A DNA stretch of 63,776 bases, filler included, from 6 parts of 6 records of this genome joined end to end with filler, not necessarily neighbours in it; one strand, 5' to 3'. Shown: positions 27,923-39,077, counted from the first letter of the whole stretch. Notes: generated by a model not told the origin, from the sequence alone. A program made the numbers and translations.

Positions 27923-29083
27923 TCAGGGGTTGGTTTCAGAACGGCTATCCGCTTGCGCGGTCAGCGTGTTATCAGCCCGGCGGAACCAAGCCTGGGCCTG
28001 TTCGGACTCCAGTGGCTGTGCCAGGTAACGCTCGGGAAATTCCCAGATCACCAATTGCGGCGGTTGATCCCGGAAATCGGAAGAGTTCAGGTAATCGATC
28101 ATTGGTACGATAGGGCCGTCGCCTTCTTCGGCCACGTTGATCAGGTCCTGCCCCAGGTGCTTTCGCAAGGCGCCGGGGAAATCCCACTGTTCATTGGCGC
28201 TGTAACTTGTGCCAACCAGAACGGTGTTGGTGACGTCATCGCCAAACAGGGCGCTGGCGTTCGCCTGGCCGTCGTTCTGGGCGCGCGTCGTTCTCGGTTC
28301 CAGTTGGTCAGGTGCAGGACCGAAGTCGGTAAACGCTGGCTCCACTGGAATGTAATTGAGCAGGTCACCACGGTGCTGGACCGGTTGGCCAATGGATGTC
28401 ACAAAGCTCTGCTCGCCCCAGGAAAGGCCATTGAAGCGATCGCGGATGAACTCGGCAGCGCCTTTCGCGTAGAGGTTTGCGCCGTTCGGCGACCAGTGGG
28501 TGTCAGTTCTCAGGAACACCGATTCTCCATGACGTGTCGCCTGCTCCAACAACGGTTTCAGCTCCGGCGCGGGAATGCCCGCTGTCGCCAGTGACTGCTG
28601 GAACCGGTCGTACAGTGACATCATCGTCGGTTCGGGCTTCGTACTGCCCAGCATGTCCGAATGGATTCGGGCCTTGGCGGGCACCACCAGCACAACCAGC
28701 GGAACGCCCTCGGCCAACAGATAGTCGGCGACGCGCTGTACACGACTCAGGTTGCGATCGACCACCTCGCCGTCACGGCTGGCCGGGTAGATTTCCTCAT
28801 CGGTAAACAGCCACTCGTCTTGTCCCACGACAACGCCTTCCCGGCCCTCGTCAAAGAGCGTGTAGTTGATCGCGGCCCAGAGATTGGTTCCCAGATCCTT
28901 CGCCGGGAACTGATCGTCGTAATGGCTCTCCAGGTTGCGGGCCAACTCACCGTTGACCGGGCTCAGCCCTGTTTCGGCCTGGTAACCCAGCAAGGGCCGC
29001 AAGGACAGCACACCCAGAACCAGGACCAGCGCGATGAAGAGAACAGCTGTGATTCGTGCAGACGTTTTAGTCATCAAATCCAC
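27923..29083 (-). CDS. algJ: Alginate O-acetyltransferase AlgJ
   Basis: N-terminal anchor, NLWAAINY, EGREGVVVGQDEWLF, FLRTDTHWSP, LVGTSYSA, IWEFPERYL. Confidence 0.93.
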   Translation of the reverse strand: MDLMTKTSARITAVLFIALVLVLGVLSLRPLLGYQAETGLSPVNGELARNLESHYDDQFPAKDLGTNLWAAINYTLFDEGREGVVVGQDEWLFTDEEIYPASRDGEVVDRNLSRVQRVADYLLAEGVPLVVLVVPAKARIHSDMLGSTKPEPTMMSLYDRFQQSLATAGIPAPELKPLLEQATRHGESVFLRTDTHWSPNGANLYAKGAAEFIRDRFNGLSWGEQSFVTSIGQPVQHRGDLLNYIPVEPAFTDFGPAPDQLEPRTTRAQNDGQANASALFGDDVTNTVLVGTSYSANEQWDFPGALRKHLGQDLINVAEEGDGPIVPMIDYLNSSDFRDQPPQLVIWEFPERYLAQPLESEQAQAWFRRADNTLTAQADSRSETNP

Positions 29084-29085
29084 CC

Positions 29086-30504
29086 TCAGAACTGGAAGTA
29101 CAGGAACGGTGAGAAACTCTCAGCGGACAGTTTCAACACGGCGAGCGCAAACACCGGAACCAGCAACGGCGCAGCGGCGGACCGCCAGCCGGACAGGATG
29201 GGGCCAACCTCACGATGCCCGAGCCGATCCTTCAGCCCCATCATCGCGATCACTCCGAAAGCCAACACCAGGATCGCCAGGTTCAGGTCCCGGATGCCCT
29301 GGACAAAAACATCACTCAGGCCGGCACCGTCGAAGCTGAACATGGCACCGTAGAAACCGAAGGCCTCGGTGAGCGTGCTGGCCCTGAAGGTGACCCAGCC
29401 GAGCATCACGAACAGGAAGGTCAGCGCCCACCGGAAAAACCGGAACCCGGACGGGCTGCCCGACACACCCAGCGCCCTTTCCACCGACAGCAACAGACCG
29501 TGCCAGGCACCCCACAACAGGAACGTCCAGTTGGCGCCGTGCCAGAGGCCGCCGAGCAACATGGTGAGTAGCAGGTTGCGATAAGTTTTGACCGTACTGT
29601 TGCGGTTGCCGCCCAGGGGGATGTACAGGTAATCCCGCAGCCAGGTGGACAGGCTGATGTGCCAACGACGCCAGAACTCGGTAATGCTCTGGCTGATGTA
29701 GGGCTGGTTGAAGTTCTCGTTAAACCGGAAGCCCATCATCAGACCCAGGCCGATGGCCATATCGGAGTAGCCGGAAAAGTCGAAATACAACTGCGCGGTG
29801 TACGCCAGGATGCCCAGCCAGGCATCCGCCGTACTGGGGTCAGACAACGCAAAGGCACTGTCCGCCAGCGGCGCTATCGAGTCGGCGATAAAGACTTTCT
29901 TGATGAAGCCCTGCATGAACCTGAACGCGCCCTCACCGAACTTTTCCATGGTATGGGTGCGGTAGGTGAACTGATCCGCCAGGTCCTTGTAACGCAGCAC
30001 CGGCCCGGCAATAAGCTGGGGGAACAACGCAATGAAAGCCGCGAAATCAATAAACCGCCGGGTCGGTTCCGTATCCCCTCGATAGACATCCACCACGTAG
30101 GAAATGGCCTGAAAGATGTAGAAGGAAATGCCGATGGGCAGGATGATATTCGCCAGTTCCAGCGGCTGACTGCCGGCGCTGACCAGCAGGTCGTTCAGGC
30201 TGTCGACACCAAAGTTGGCGTACTTGAAGTAGCCGAGCGTCGCCAGGTCACCACCAACACCGATGGCAACCCACTTGCGAGCACTCGCGGTGCCAACACC
30301 GGCGCGGTGTATTGCCAGGCCGATGAAATAGTTCCAGAAGGTCACGGCCACGAACAGCAACAGGAAATCCACCCGCCACCAGGCATAGAAGGCGTAGCTG
30401 CCGATCAGGATAACCAGTGAGCGGTGCCTGAACGGTGTCAGGTAATACAGCCCCAGGAAGGCGGGCAGGAACAGAAACAGGAAGATATTGGATGAAAAAA
30501 CCAT
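29086..30504 (-). CDS. algI: MBOAT-family alginate O-acetyltransferase AlgI
   Basis: MVFSSNIFLFLFLP, LPIGISFY, FPQLIAGP, DFSGYSDMA, FWRRWHISLS, GLWHGANW, SPFLYFQF. Confidence 0.96.
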   Translation of the reverse strand: MVFSSNIFLFLFLPAFLGLYYLTPFRHRSLVILIGSYAFYAWWRVDFLLLFVAVTFWNYFIGLAIHRAGVGTASARKWVAIGVGGDLATLGYFKYANFGVDSLNDLLVSAGSQPLELANIILPIGISFYIFQAISYVVDVYRGDTEPTRRFIDFAAFIALFPQLIAGPVLRYKDLADQFTYRTHTMEKFGEGAFRFMQGFIKKVFIADSIAPLADSAFALSDPSTADAWLGILAYTAQLYFDFSGYSDMAIGLGLMMGFRFNENFNQPYISQSITEFWRRWHISLSTWLRDYLYIPLGGNRNSTVKTYRNLLLTMLLGGLWHGANWTFLLWGAWHGLLLSVERALGVSGSPSGFRFFRWALTFLFVMLGWVTFRASTLTEAFGFYGAMFSFDGAGLSDVFVQGIRDLNLAILVLAFGVIAMMGLKDRLGHREVGPILSGWRSAAAPLLVPVFALAVLKLSAESFSPFLYFQF

Positions 30505-30505
30505 G

Positions 30506-32098
30506 TCAGTTCTCCGCCTGCGTAACCTGGCCCGACACCACAGCCGTGGGCTCTATGAATACTGCACGCCCCTGGTTCCGTAGTGCGTCAAAAATCTGCA
30601 TCTGGTATTTGCCAAGCACACCCTCGAAGTGGATCCCCACGTCTGACCTGGGGAATCGCATTCCAACGTCATAAATTGCGATGTAAGCAGGGTTGTCGGT
30701 CGACAGGGGGCCGCTGGCGTTGGAGGCTAATTCGCCGCCCACCACGTTCATCGACACCTCGTAGGAGTAGAAGTCTTCTTTGAAATTACGGTCGGTGGCG
30801 GACAGGTCTTTCAACTGACCATAAATACCCCAGGTGCCGTTGAGCACCGCAACGTTGTGGTAGACATTCACATTGCTGCTGTTTCTGACACGGATGCCAT
30901 TGCGCAGATTGTTCATCAACCGGTTGCCCCAGAGCAGGTTGTCCGGCGACTCGTAGAGCCCGATACCGTCACCCTGGTTGTCATAGGAAACGTTATTGGC
31001 CACCACGTTGTTGGAGCTCTGACGGTCCAGAACGATGCCGGATAGCCCGTTGTCGTAGCTACGGTTGCCAACAATCCAGCTGTTATTTACCTCGCGGGAG
31101 ATGATGATGCCGTGCTTCTCACGGGTGCCATAAACCTCGTTGTTGGCAATCAGCAGTCGGCTGGAGTAGTCATGGGGGTCGATGCCATACACGATGTTGT
31201 CTCGGTAGACGTTATCGACGATGGCAACGTCTTCCGCCTCATAGCAGTAAAACCCGTAGTAGAGATCCTCGAAGGTGGATTCCACCAGCCAGGCATGGGG
31301 CGCGCTGCGCTGCAGACGGGCGTTGTCGTACTCAGAGTACTGGGCCACGGTAAACCCATAGGATTTACTCTGGAGATAACCCAGATTTGCCATGGTGGTG
31401 CCGAGAATAAAGTTCTCGCTACCGCCCCAGCCCACATAGAACGGACGGAAGTTGCTTTTCTTCTGGAACGTGGCCGGGCCATTGGCCTCCTCGCGCCAGC
31501 CAATAATCTTGCTGTCAATGGCAAACAGCCAGCCGTCGTTGGCAATAAACGAACCACGCTCCTCCGACAGCCGCAGAGTCTCATCGCGCAGAACCAGGGT
31601 GGCCTCTTGTTTGACCGCCAGCGGCAAACGAATGATGTAAGTACCATCGCCGACCTGTTCCATGTAGCGACGATCATTCACCTGCCGATAGACATCCTCC
31701 AGCGTCACCTTCCCGCTGTTAACCATAATCGCCTGAGGATGTGAAAACTGACGGATCACCCACTCGCGCGCCCGCCCTTCGTCCACGAAATCCCCCAGTG
31801 CACTGACCCCGCCCATACGTTCCACCGTTACATTCGGTGCGGAATCCTGCCGACCGGCAAGCTTTGCCTCGATGGCGTCACGGCTATAGCCGGATACATC
31901 AGGGATCTCAGGCTCAGGCAAATACAGCTCCTCGCCAGACTTTATCTCGATGCCATAGTCTTCCTCCAAGGGCGCAATCGCCGGCGGCGCATTTACCACA
32001 TTGCCATCGTCGGCGCTGGCTGCAGCCAACGCATTCAGCGGCAATATGAGCGCCGTGGTAAGAAGGCAAAAAGCCCATCGGGTTTCCAGGATTTTCAT
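30506..32098 (-). CDS. algG: Mannuronan C5-epimerase AlgG (right-handed beta-helix)
   Basis: YYGFYCYEA, catalytic YGIDPHD, KHGIIISREVN, parallel beta-helix repeats. Confidence 0.95.
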   Translation of the reverse strand: MKILETRWAFCLLTTALILPLNALAAASADDGNVVNAPPAIAPLEEDYGIEIKSGEELYLPEPEIPDVSGYSRDAIEAKLAGRQDSAPNVTVERMGGVSALGDFVDEGRAREWVIRQFSHPQAIMVNSGKVTLEDVYRQVNDRRYMEQVGDGTYIIRLPLAVKQEATLVLRDETLRLSEERGSFIANDGWLFAIDSKIIGWREEANGPATFQKKSNFRPFYVGWGGSENFILGTTMANLGYLQSKSYGFTVAQYSEYDNARLQRSAPHAWLVESTFEDLYYGFYCYEAEDVAIVDNVYRDNIVYGIDPHDYSSRLLIANNEVYGTREKHGIIISREVNNSWIVGNRSYDNGLSGIVLDRQSSNNVVANNVSYDNQGDGIGLYESPDNLLWGNRLMNNLRNGIRVRNSSNVNVYHNVAVLNGTWGIYGQLKDLSATDRNFKEDFYSYEVSMNVVGGELASNASGPLSTDNPAYIAIYDVGMRFPRSDVGIHFEGVLGKYQMQIFDALRNQGRAVFIEPTAVVSGQVTQAEN

Positions 32099-32107
32099 GA
32101 GTTCTCC

Positions 32108-33547
32108 TCAGAACCGCTTCGACACGTCTACAACTACCCGATGCCTGGCGTCATCTGCGTCCTCGCCGTAGGCATCCCCTGGCATGAAAACGCCACCACG
32201 CAAACGGACATCAAACGCCGCCCAGGAGGTTGAAGCGCTATCGCCGTAGTAGCCCAATACCAGATCCACTGATTGGCCCAGGTCATCACTGCTGCCGGTA
32301 AAGCCTGGTTCGACCAGGTCGGAACGCACGGCGCCGTTCTCATCACTCAGCCAGTAACGGTGGTACAGCAGGTTGGCGTCCCAGGTATCGCGGTCAGACA
32401 ATGCGGTGTAGAAGGTCAAGACCCGGATATTGCTCCACTCCGGTTGAATGGCTTCACCAAACCGCGGCACCTGGGAGCGGGTTCCCGTAAACCTTGAGCG
32501 GTTGCTTTCCAGGCTGGTTTGCTGAAAGGCATCACTTTCGCCAGGCTCACCACCACCGGACGCAACGGCACCGTGAGCGCCGACAACCCAGCGGGGCGTA
32601 TCCAGCAATTGGGCACGCGCGCCCAGGTCTGCCGCCCAACCGGAGACATCGCGTTCACGATCGCTGAAGCCATTGGGCGCACTGGGGTCTGTGCCGATCA
32701 CAGTGTCCGTACCATTCACTGCCGCAACCGACGCGAAATACTGGAACGTATCGTGGGAGTGCCAATCGAAATAGCTCCGATCCGCCTGGACGGCCGTCCA
32801 GGTCAGCGAGTCCGTGAAACCTTCATCCAGCGTCTGGCCTCGCAATGCGTATTCTTCAGCCTGATCTCCGTAGCCCTGGCCATGGGTCACCAGGAAGCCC
32901 AGGTAGTGACCTTTCCGCCACTGCCAGCGTGTATGGGCAAAAAATCGAGCAATGTCCTGCTCTTCGTCCTGAAGTTCGTTGTTGTCAGTCCGCAACTCGG
33001 CGAACTTCTGGGCGACACCCACGGTGGTGTCCAGCAGCGACGTGTTGAAGATCCAGCGCGTGAGGGTAATATCGTCGTCCCACCACATACCGCTGTTTTC
33101 CTTCAGACGCTCACGGCCAAAGCGAATTGACTCCCCGGGATAGTCGCTCAGGCCGTTGTAATCCAGCCAAGCCTCCCTGAGCGCAAGAAAGCCGTCGGTG
33201 GTGGTCGTGCCGCCGATTTCGTCGCTAACATCCACCTGACCGGTTGCGCCAAACGCCTGCAGACGCAGTTTTGAGCGCCAGTGAGGTGACAGTTGCCAGA
33301 CCCACTCGGGCTTGATGTCGAGGCCAGCTTCGTTGGATTTGGTCTCGCCATTGGAGCCCAGTCCAAGGCGCCGGTCGCCTTCGCTGATAAAACTGAGCTT
33401 GGACTTTATGTTCTGTTCAACCAGCCGCGGATAACTCTGGTTCGCCTCGTCTGTAGACTGCGCTACGGCGGGCGCTACGCCGAGTGATGCCAGGCAACTG
33501 ACAGAGAGTGCGAGGCGAGTTAATCGATAGTTCGTTATAAGCTGCAT
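32108..33547 (-). CDS. algE: Alginate export outer-membrane porin AlgE
   Basis: Signal peptide, FLALREAWLDY...YPGE, LESNRSRFTGTRS, RFGEA, DLGQSVDLV, RGGVFMPGDAYG, terminal Phe. Confidence 0.9.
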   Translation of the reverse strand: MQLITNYRLTRLALSVSCLASLGVAPAVAQSTDEANQSYPRLVEQNIKSKLSFISEGDRRLGLGSNGETKSNEAGLDIKPEWVWQLSPHWRSKLRLQAFGATGQVDVSDEIGGTTTTDGFLALREAWLDYNGLSDYPGESIRFGRERLKENSGMWWDDDITLTRWIFNTSLLDTTVGVAQKFAELRTDNNELQDEEQDIARFFAHTRWQWRKGHYLGFLVTHGQGYGDQAEEYALRGQTLDEGFTDSLTWTAVQADRSYFDWHSHDTFQYFASVAAVNGTDTVIGTDPSAPNGFSDRERDVSGWAADLGARAQLLDTPRWVVGAHGAVASGGGEPGESDAFQQTSLESNRSRFTGTRSQVPRFGEAIQPEWSNIRVLTFYTALSDRDTWDANLLYHRYWLSDENGAVRSDLVEPGFTGSSDDLGQSVDLVLGYYGDSASTSWAAFDVRLRGGVFMPGDAYGEDADDARHRVVVDVSKRF

Positions 33548-33552
33548 TGAGC

Positions 33553-34929
33553 TTATCCTCCTTGTTTTGTGGTCGTTGCCGGGCCTGAAGTGCCTCCGGC
33601 GATCATCTGTCGCCGCGCGGCACGTTCCTGCCGGTACAGGGCCTCAGCTCTCTTTTCGGTGTGTTCGGGTAGCGACAGAACCATATCCACCATCAGTTCT
33701 TTGGCACGCTCAACGCCGCCCTCCACTGCCAGCAACGCGAAACTCCAGGCATAAACACGGTTCACCTCGATGCCTTTTGCTTCCCAGTAAAGCTCGGCAA
33801 GGGCGTAATCCGCCTTTGGAAAGCCTCGGCGTGCCGCCGTCAGAAGATGCTGCTTCGCCTTTTCGGGATCTGGCTCCCCGAGATAGCCACGCTTGTAGAT
33901 GCGCCCGAGCAGGTATTCCGCCGAGGGGTATTTTTCACGCGCTTCCATGGCGTACTCGATCGCCTTCTTCGGATCGGTCGGCACAATGCGGCCTCGCTCA
34001 TAGGCCCGGGCCAGTGACAGCGACGCCTTCAGGTCACCATTGGCTCGCGCTTCCCGAAGCATCTCGATAACGACCTCCGGTTCAGCGAGGTAGTTGTTCT
34101 CCATGATCAACTTGGCGCGCGCCGTCAGGGCGGGCACGTAGTCGGGCGTCAACATCTGGTAGAGTTCGTTGGTGGCAGCCACCTGTTTTTGCGGGGTTTC
34201 GTCGTCCGACAACCACCGCGCGAACAGGTACAGATCGCGATCTTCAATACTGCCCTGCTCCCAGGCCTGCTTGGCCCGGTCAACAAGTGCCTTCAGATCC
34301 TCACTCCGGCCATCAACCAGATACACTCTGGCGAGCAGTTGGAAGCATTCGGGCTGGGCCTCGGCAATGGGCGCACATAGGCCTTCAATCTCGTCCGTAT
34401 GATTCTCGAACTGGCCGGTCAGCAGGTAGTAACGGGCCAGCGCCACGTCGCCTTTCGGATCTCCGGCGGCGCGGGCCTGCTGAATCAGCTCAAGCGGTTT
34501 GCCGTTGGGGAACTCCCGGGGGAAATGGATGTACAGGTTGATCAACGGGATCAACGCCGTCTTATCACCTTCCGCAAGCGCTTTGCGCAGGTAACGGGCG
34601 CCATTGGCCCGCTGCTCCGGGGTTTCCCCTTCCCGCGCATTCATCTTGCCTATCCGGATAGCAGCTCGCTCACTACCCTGCTCCGCGGCCTTCCTGTACC
34701 AATCCAGCGCCTTCTGGCGTGCTTCCGGTGTGTCCTGCGCACCATAAAGATCCCCCAGCTCCACCTGGGCGTCCGCCAGGCCAAACTTCGCCAGCTTTTC
34801 CAACTGCGCCCGGGCCTCCTGAACGTCACCTTCGGCAGCAGCCTTCTCAGCCCGCTGAATGTCGGGCAGGTTGCCGCAACCAGACAGCACCAGAGTGAAC
34901 AGACCGGCAATGCACGCTACTCGCTTCAT
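33553..34929 (-). CDS. algK: Alginate secretion TPR/Sel1-repeat lipoprotein AlgK
   Basis: Lipobox LSGC, GNLPD, Sel1 repeats (YLLGRIYKRGYLG, HLLTAARRG, ADYALAELY). Confidence 0.92.
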   Translation of the reverse strand: MKRVACIAGLFTLVLSGCGNLPDIQRAEKAAAEGDVQEARAQLEKLAKFGLADAQVELGDLYGAQDTPEARQKALDWYRKAAEQGSERAAIRIGKMNAREGETPEQRANGARYLRKALAEGDKTALIPLINLYIHFPREFPNGKPLELIQQARAAGDPKGDVALARYYLLTGQFENHTDEIEGLCAPIAEAQPECFQLLARVYLVDGRSEDLKALVDRAKQAWEQGSIEDRDLYLFARWLSDDETPQKQVAATNELYQMLTPDYVPALTARAKLIMENNYLAEPEVVIEMLREARANGDLKASLSLARAYERGRIVPTDPKKAIEYAMEAREKYPSAEYLLGRIYKRGYLGEPDPEKAKQHLLTAARRGFPKADYALAELYWEAKGIEVNRVYAWSFALLAVEGGVERAKELMVDMVLSLPEHTEKRAEALYRQERAARRQMIAGGTSGPATTTKQGG

Positions 34930-34943
34930 GCTCCGCAACTCCC

Positions 34944-36125
34944 TCAACCTTCCGAAAACCGTTCAACAACCTTCTGCAGGCTCGGCATCCGGAACTGGTC
35001 GACCGTGACACCAATGGGGCGTCCGATTGCTTCAATCGGCAGCGGTTCGGCGGATTCGATAGACGCACTGATTACGTCAACCAGTCCGCCCTGAGCCTGG
35101 GAGTTCACATACAGCGACGTAATGTGCCCGGTCTGTTCCTTGCCGTTGGGGAGCCGCAATATCACCTGCTGCCCTTCTTCGAGCTTTTCACCCTGGTTAA
35201 ACGGGAAGTTGGCAACAACGTGGGCGGACGAGTCCATCGGCGCCATAACCGCAAGCTGCTCACCCTTGCTCATGTACTGGTCTTCAGCCGGCCTCATGTT
35301 CACCACCTTGCAGTCACAGGGGCTGGTGATCGTTCCCCGAACCCGCTGGTCCAACAGCTCTTCGATCTGGCCGACGCTGTAGTTGCCCTCTCCAACCAGG
35401 TCATTCACATAAGACATCATGGGCGCGTCAAAAGTAGCGATAGCCTCGCCCGCCTTAACCTCCTGCCCAGGCTTGACCAGCGTTGTGACCTTTGCGTCTT
35501 TGGGAATCCGCAGGGGAATCTGCTCCGACGCCACCATGGCGGACTCCGCCTTGGTTACGAAGTAGATGTCCCACAGCTCGGAGACCACAAAGCTGATCGC
35601 AAACAGACCTATCAACATCACGATCAAGCTTCCGACCATGGCGCGAAGCTTGCCGAAGAATCCAAGGTCATTGCTGCCCTTGCCTTTGCGGGCCTTGGTG
35701 AAGTTTTCGCGGGACAGCGTGTTGAGCACATCGCCGGCGGAAACCACTTCACCGCTGAGGAATGCGGTAATGAGGTATCTCAGGGCGGAAACCTCCCGGG
35801 CTCCCAGATCCTGGAACTCACACCCACAGCGATCATTCATCGAATCGAAACTGCGCGGGACAAAGTTCACGTCAATGGCAAGATCAAAGCCGTCAACCTT
35901 GAACACCAGGCGACCCTTGTAGACCCGGCCCTGGCGAAACGACTCCAGGCCCGTGTTGACACTGAACCCGCCGGCCGACAGGTCGGCCACCGGAAAGTTG
36001 TGGGTTGAGCCACCAAGGTTTACAAACAGCTTGGCCGGAATTCTTACCCGGGCATACTGTCGCTGTGCCTCGGATTCATGGACAAACTGCGGTTCAATAT
36101 CTGCCCTACTTGCTGCCATATTCAT
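34944..36125 (-). CDS. alg44: Alginate co-polymerase Alg44 (PilZ + membrane-fusion-like domain)
   Basis: VHESEAQRQYARVRIP (RxxxR), DLSAGG, RENFTKARK, TSPCDC. Confidence 0.95.
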   Translation of the reverse strand: MNMAASRADIEPQFVHESEAQRQYARVRIPAKLFVNLGGSTHNFPVADLSAGGFSVNTGLESFRQGRVYKGRLVFKVDGFDLAIDVNFVPRSFDSMNDRCGCEFQDLGAREVSALRYLITAFLSGEVVSAGDVLNTLSRENFTKARKGKGSNDLGFFGKLRAMVGSLIVMLIGLFAISFVVSELWDIYFVTKAESAMVASEQIPLRIPKDAKVTTLVKPGQEVKAGEAIATFDAPMMSYVNDLVGEGNYSVGQIEELLDQRVRGTITSPCDCKVVNMRPAEDQYMSKGEQLAVMAPMDSSAHVVANFPFNQGEKLEEGQQVILRLPNGKEQTGHITSLYVNSQAQGGLVDVISASIESAEPLPIEAIGRPIGVTVDQFRMPSLQKVVERFSEG

Positions 36126-36188
36126 TGCTTTGATCCTTGTGTGTTGTCCCAACGATGATTGGTGTACATAAGAAAAACTCCCCTTGCG

Positions 36189-37673
36189 CTATACCAGCTT
36201 CATCACCACCGCCAGAAAGACACTGCCTGCGGATATCGTCATCACTCTTGACGACCAACGGTTCATGCGTTGTTGGAAAGACGCGTTGTTCGCGCTGAAC
36301 CGGGTTTTCTGGCGTGTCCACGACTGTCGGTCGAGCCGGAAAAAGACATAGATTTTCACCAGCGAGCCGAAGATCTGGTTGAAATAGAGAATGCACGGAT
36401 AGGCTGGCCCGACCGAATGTCCGGTAGTGATAAGCAGCAACGTCAGCACCAAACGGGTAAGCCCGATCCAAAGCAGGTAGGCCACCAGCACAATACCGGA
36501 GTACTTGATGGACGCGACGATAGCCGCAGTCAGCCCCAGGATGCTGGTCCACATTGAAATGCGCTGGTCATACAGCACGTACCAGGTAAACCATCCAAGG
36601 CGCCGGGGGCCAAGCTTGGTAGCCCGTGAATTCTGCCGCAGGGAGTTGCCATACCAGCGAAACATCAGCTGACGGGCAGAACGGATAAAGCTGGGGTCAG
36701 GTGGATGCTCCACTGTGCGAATCGTGGCGTCCGGCACATAGAAGGTGTCGTACCCCAGGCGCATCATGCTGAACCAGCTGGACTTGTCATCGCCGGTCAG
36801 AAAGCGGAATTCACCCAGCCGCCAGTGCTTCAGGGAGTCATACTCCACGTCGCTGATGAACTCCGGGCGCGTAACCACGCTGGCCCGGAATACCGACATG
36901 CGACCGGTGAGCGTCAAAACCCGATACGACAGCCCCATCGAGCACATATTCATGTGGCGCTGGGCGAACCTCAGCTTGTGCCATTCAGACATCAGATAGC
37001 TGCCGCGCACCTCGCAAAACTCGTTGGTGGTCAGCGCGCCGATGTTCGGCATCAACCGGAAGTAAGGGGCGGTTTTACGTACCACTCCGGGTTCCAGCAC
37101 GGTATCGCCGTCCACCACGGCCACCACGGCATTCTCGTCAGGCAGATCCCGTGAAATGGCACGAAAGCCGTACGCCAGACCATCCCGCTTACCGGTCCCC
37201 GGAATGCGCACAATCTTGAGCCTGATGTGGCTGGGTGGGTCAAGCTTCCGCCACATTGCCCGCATGAGCATTTCATCGGAAAGCTCCACCACCGATGCCA
37301 CCACCGTTGTCGGCCAACCACACTCAACCGCTTCGCGGATAATAGAGTTGTAAACCATGGCCGTGGTGTCGGCATCGATACGGAAACTGGTCACCATCAG
37401 ATAGACATGGGACGGAGCGGCGTCTTCGCCCAACGCCTTTGCCCGGCGCCGAATCTTGGGGAATGCCCATTTAAGGAAATACATCGCACGCAAAAAGTGG
37501 ATAAACCCAACGGAGTACCGCCAGATACCAATCACCCCGATGACCAGGAGGAAGTGGGCGCCGCCCCTCACCGTATAGGTAGTGGGCAAAGAGATCGCCA
37601 ACGCCCCGAGTACGGAGAGAAAAAGCAGCCAACCGCCTGTTCTGGACACTATGTTGTCTGAGATATAAGACAT
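36189..37673 (-). CDS. alg8: Alginate polymerase Alg8 (GT2)
   Basis: [50 protein letters not shown]. Confidence 0.97.
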   Translation of the reverse strand: MSYISDNIVSRTGGWLLFLSVLGALAISLPTTYTVRGGAHFLLVIGVIGIWRYSVGFIHFLRAMYFLKWAFPKIRRRAKALGEDAAPSHVYLMVTSFRIDADTTAMVYNSIIREAVECGWPTTVVASVVELSDEMLMRAMWRKLDPPSHIRLKIVRIPGTGKRDGLAYGFRAISRDLPDENAVVAVVDGDTVLEPGVVRKTAPYFRLMPNIGALTTNEFCEVRGSYLMSEWHKLRFAQRHMNMCSMGLSYRVLTLTGRMSVFRASVVTRPEFISDVEYDSLKHWRLGEFRFLTGDDKSSWFSMMRLGYDTFYVPDATIRTVEHPPDPSFIRSARQLMFRWYGNSLRQNSRATKLGPRRLGWFTWYVLYDQRISMWTSILGLTAAIVASIKYSGIVLVAYLLWIGLTRLVLTLLLITTGHSVGPAYPCILYFNQIFGSLVKIYVFFRLDRQSWTRQKTRFSANNASFQQRMNRWSSRVMTISAGSVFLAVVMKLV

Positions 37674-37766
37674 GCCGTCCGTTCCTGAAATAACATTCCG
37701 TGCGTTTTCTGAGCGTGACGCCCCGCCCCACCAGGGCACCAGGACGTCACGCATGGGGGTGAAGAC

Positions 37767-39077
37767 TTACCAGCAGATGCCTTCCAGCACCTCGGTACTT
37801 GTGGTCTTCATGAAGCCCACAAGGTCAATCACCCGCTTGCCCTCAGGCACTTCCGAAATCACCGTTTCGAACAGCTCGTCGTTGTTGCCGACCACGATCA
37901 CGTCCGCGTGATCAATCACGCCACGCAGGTCGCTGTGCATCAGGTTCGAGAGGTGCGGAATCTTCTGGTTGATGTATTCACGGTTGGCGCCGTGGGTGCG
38001 GGCGTAATCCACATTGCGGTCGAAGATCTGCAGGTCATACCCCTTGCCAATCAGCATCTCGGCCAGCTCCACCAGCGGGCTTTCCCGCAGATCGTCGGTG
38101 TTGGACTTGAAGCTCAGGCCGAGCATGCTCACCTTGCGGCAGCCATAGCCGGTGAGGATCTTGAAGGCATGAGCAACCTGCTCATTGTTGCTGCTCATGA
38201 TCGAACTCAGCAGCGGGTGCTTCACGTCCATCTGATTGGCCCGATAGGTCAGTGCCCGCACGTCTTTGGGCAGGCAGGAACCACCGAAGGCGAAGCCCGG
38301 GCGCATGTAATAACGTGAAATGTTCAGCTTCTTGTCCTGGCAGACAACGTCCATGACGTCCCGGCCGTCCACGCCCATCGACTTGGCAATATTGCCGATC
38401 TCGTTGGCGAAGCTGACTTTGGTCGCGTGCCAGATGTTGCAGGTGTACTTGATCATCTCAGCCACTTCGATGGGCTTACGGATGATGGGGGCATCAAGGT
38501 CCTGGTATATCCGCGCCAGGAACTCGCCGGAGCGTTCGTCGAGCTCACCAATGACCGTCATCGGAGGGTGGTCATAATCCTTGATCGCCGTGCTTTCCCG
38601 CAGGAACTCCGGGTTCACACACACCCCAAAATCAACGCCGGCGCGTTTGCCGGACGCTTTCTCCAAAGCCGGGATGACCACCTCACGAACCGTTCCGGGC
38701 AGCACCGTGCTACGCACCGCTACCAGGTGCCAGTCGCCCTTGTCCTTCAGGGCATTACCGATATCGCCGCACACTTTCTCGACAAACTGCAGATCAAGAT
38801 CGCCATTCGGCTTGCTGGGCGTGCCCACGCAGATCATCGACAGCTCACTCTCCTGGACCGCGATGTGCCCGTCGGTAACGCCGTTGATGAATCCGTTCTC
38901 GCGCCCGCTCCGGAGCAGCTCCTCCAGCCCCGGCTCCACAATGGGAGACCTGCCGCTGTTGATCAGATCAATTTTGATGGGCGACACATCCACACCGACC
39001 ACGTGATGCCCCCGCTGGGCCAGACTGGCGGTACACACCGCCCCGACATAACCCAAACCAAAAATACTGACTCGCAT
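37767..39077 (-). CDS. algD: GDP-mannose 6-dehydrogenase
   Basis: MRVSIFGLGYVGAV, ICVGTPS, NPEFLRESTAIKDYD, FAFGGSCLPKD, C-terminal EGICW; SD GGGGAG upstream. Confidence 0.98.
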   Translation of the reverse strand: MRVSIFGLGYVGAVCTASLAQRGHHVVGVDVSPIKIDLINSGRSPIVEPGLEELLRSGRENGFINGVTDGHIAVQESELSMICVGTPSKPNGDLDLQFVEKVCGDIGNALKDKGDWHLVAVRSTVLPGTVREVVIPALEKASGKRAGVDFGVCVNPEFLRESTAIKDYDHPPMTVIGELDERSGEFLARIYQDLDAPIIRKPIEVAEMIKYTCNIWHATKVSFANEIGNIAKSMGVDGRDVMDVVCQDKKLNISRYYMRPGFAFGGSCLPKDVRALTYRANQMDVKHPLLSSIMSSNNEQVAHAFKILTGYGCRKVSMLGLSFKSNTDDLRESPLVELAEMLIGKGYDLQIFDRNVDYARTHGANREYINQKIPHLSNLMHSDLRGVIDHADVIVVGNNDELFETVISEVPEGKRVIDLVGFMKTTSTEVLEGICW

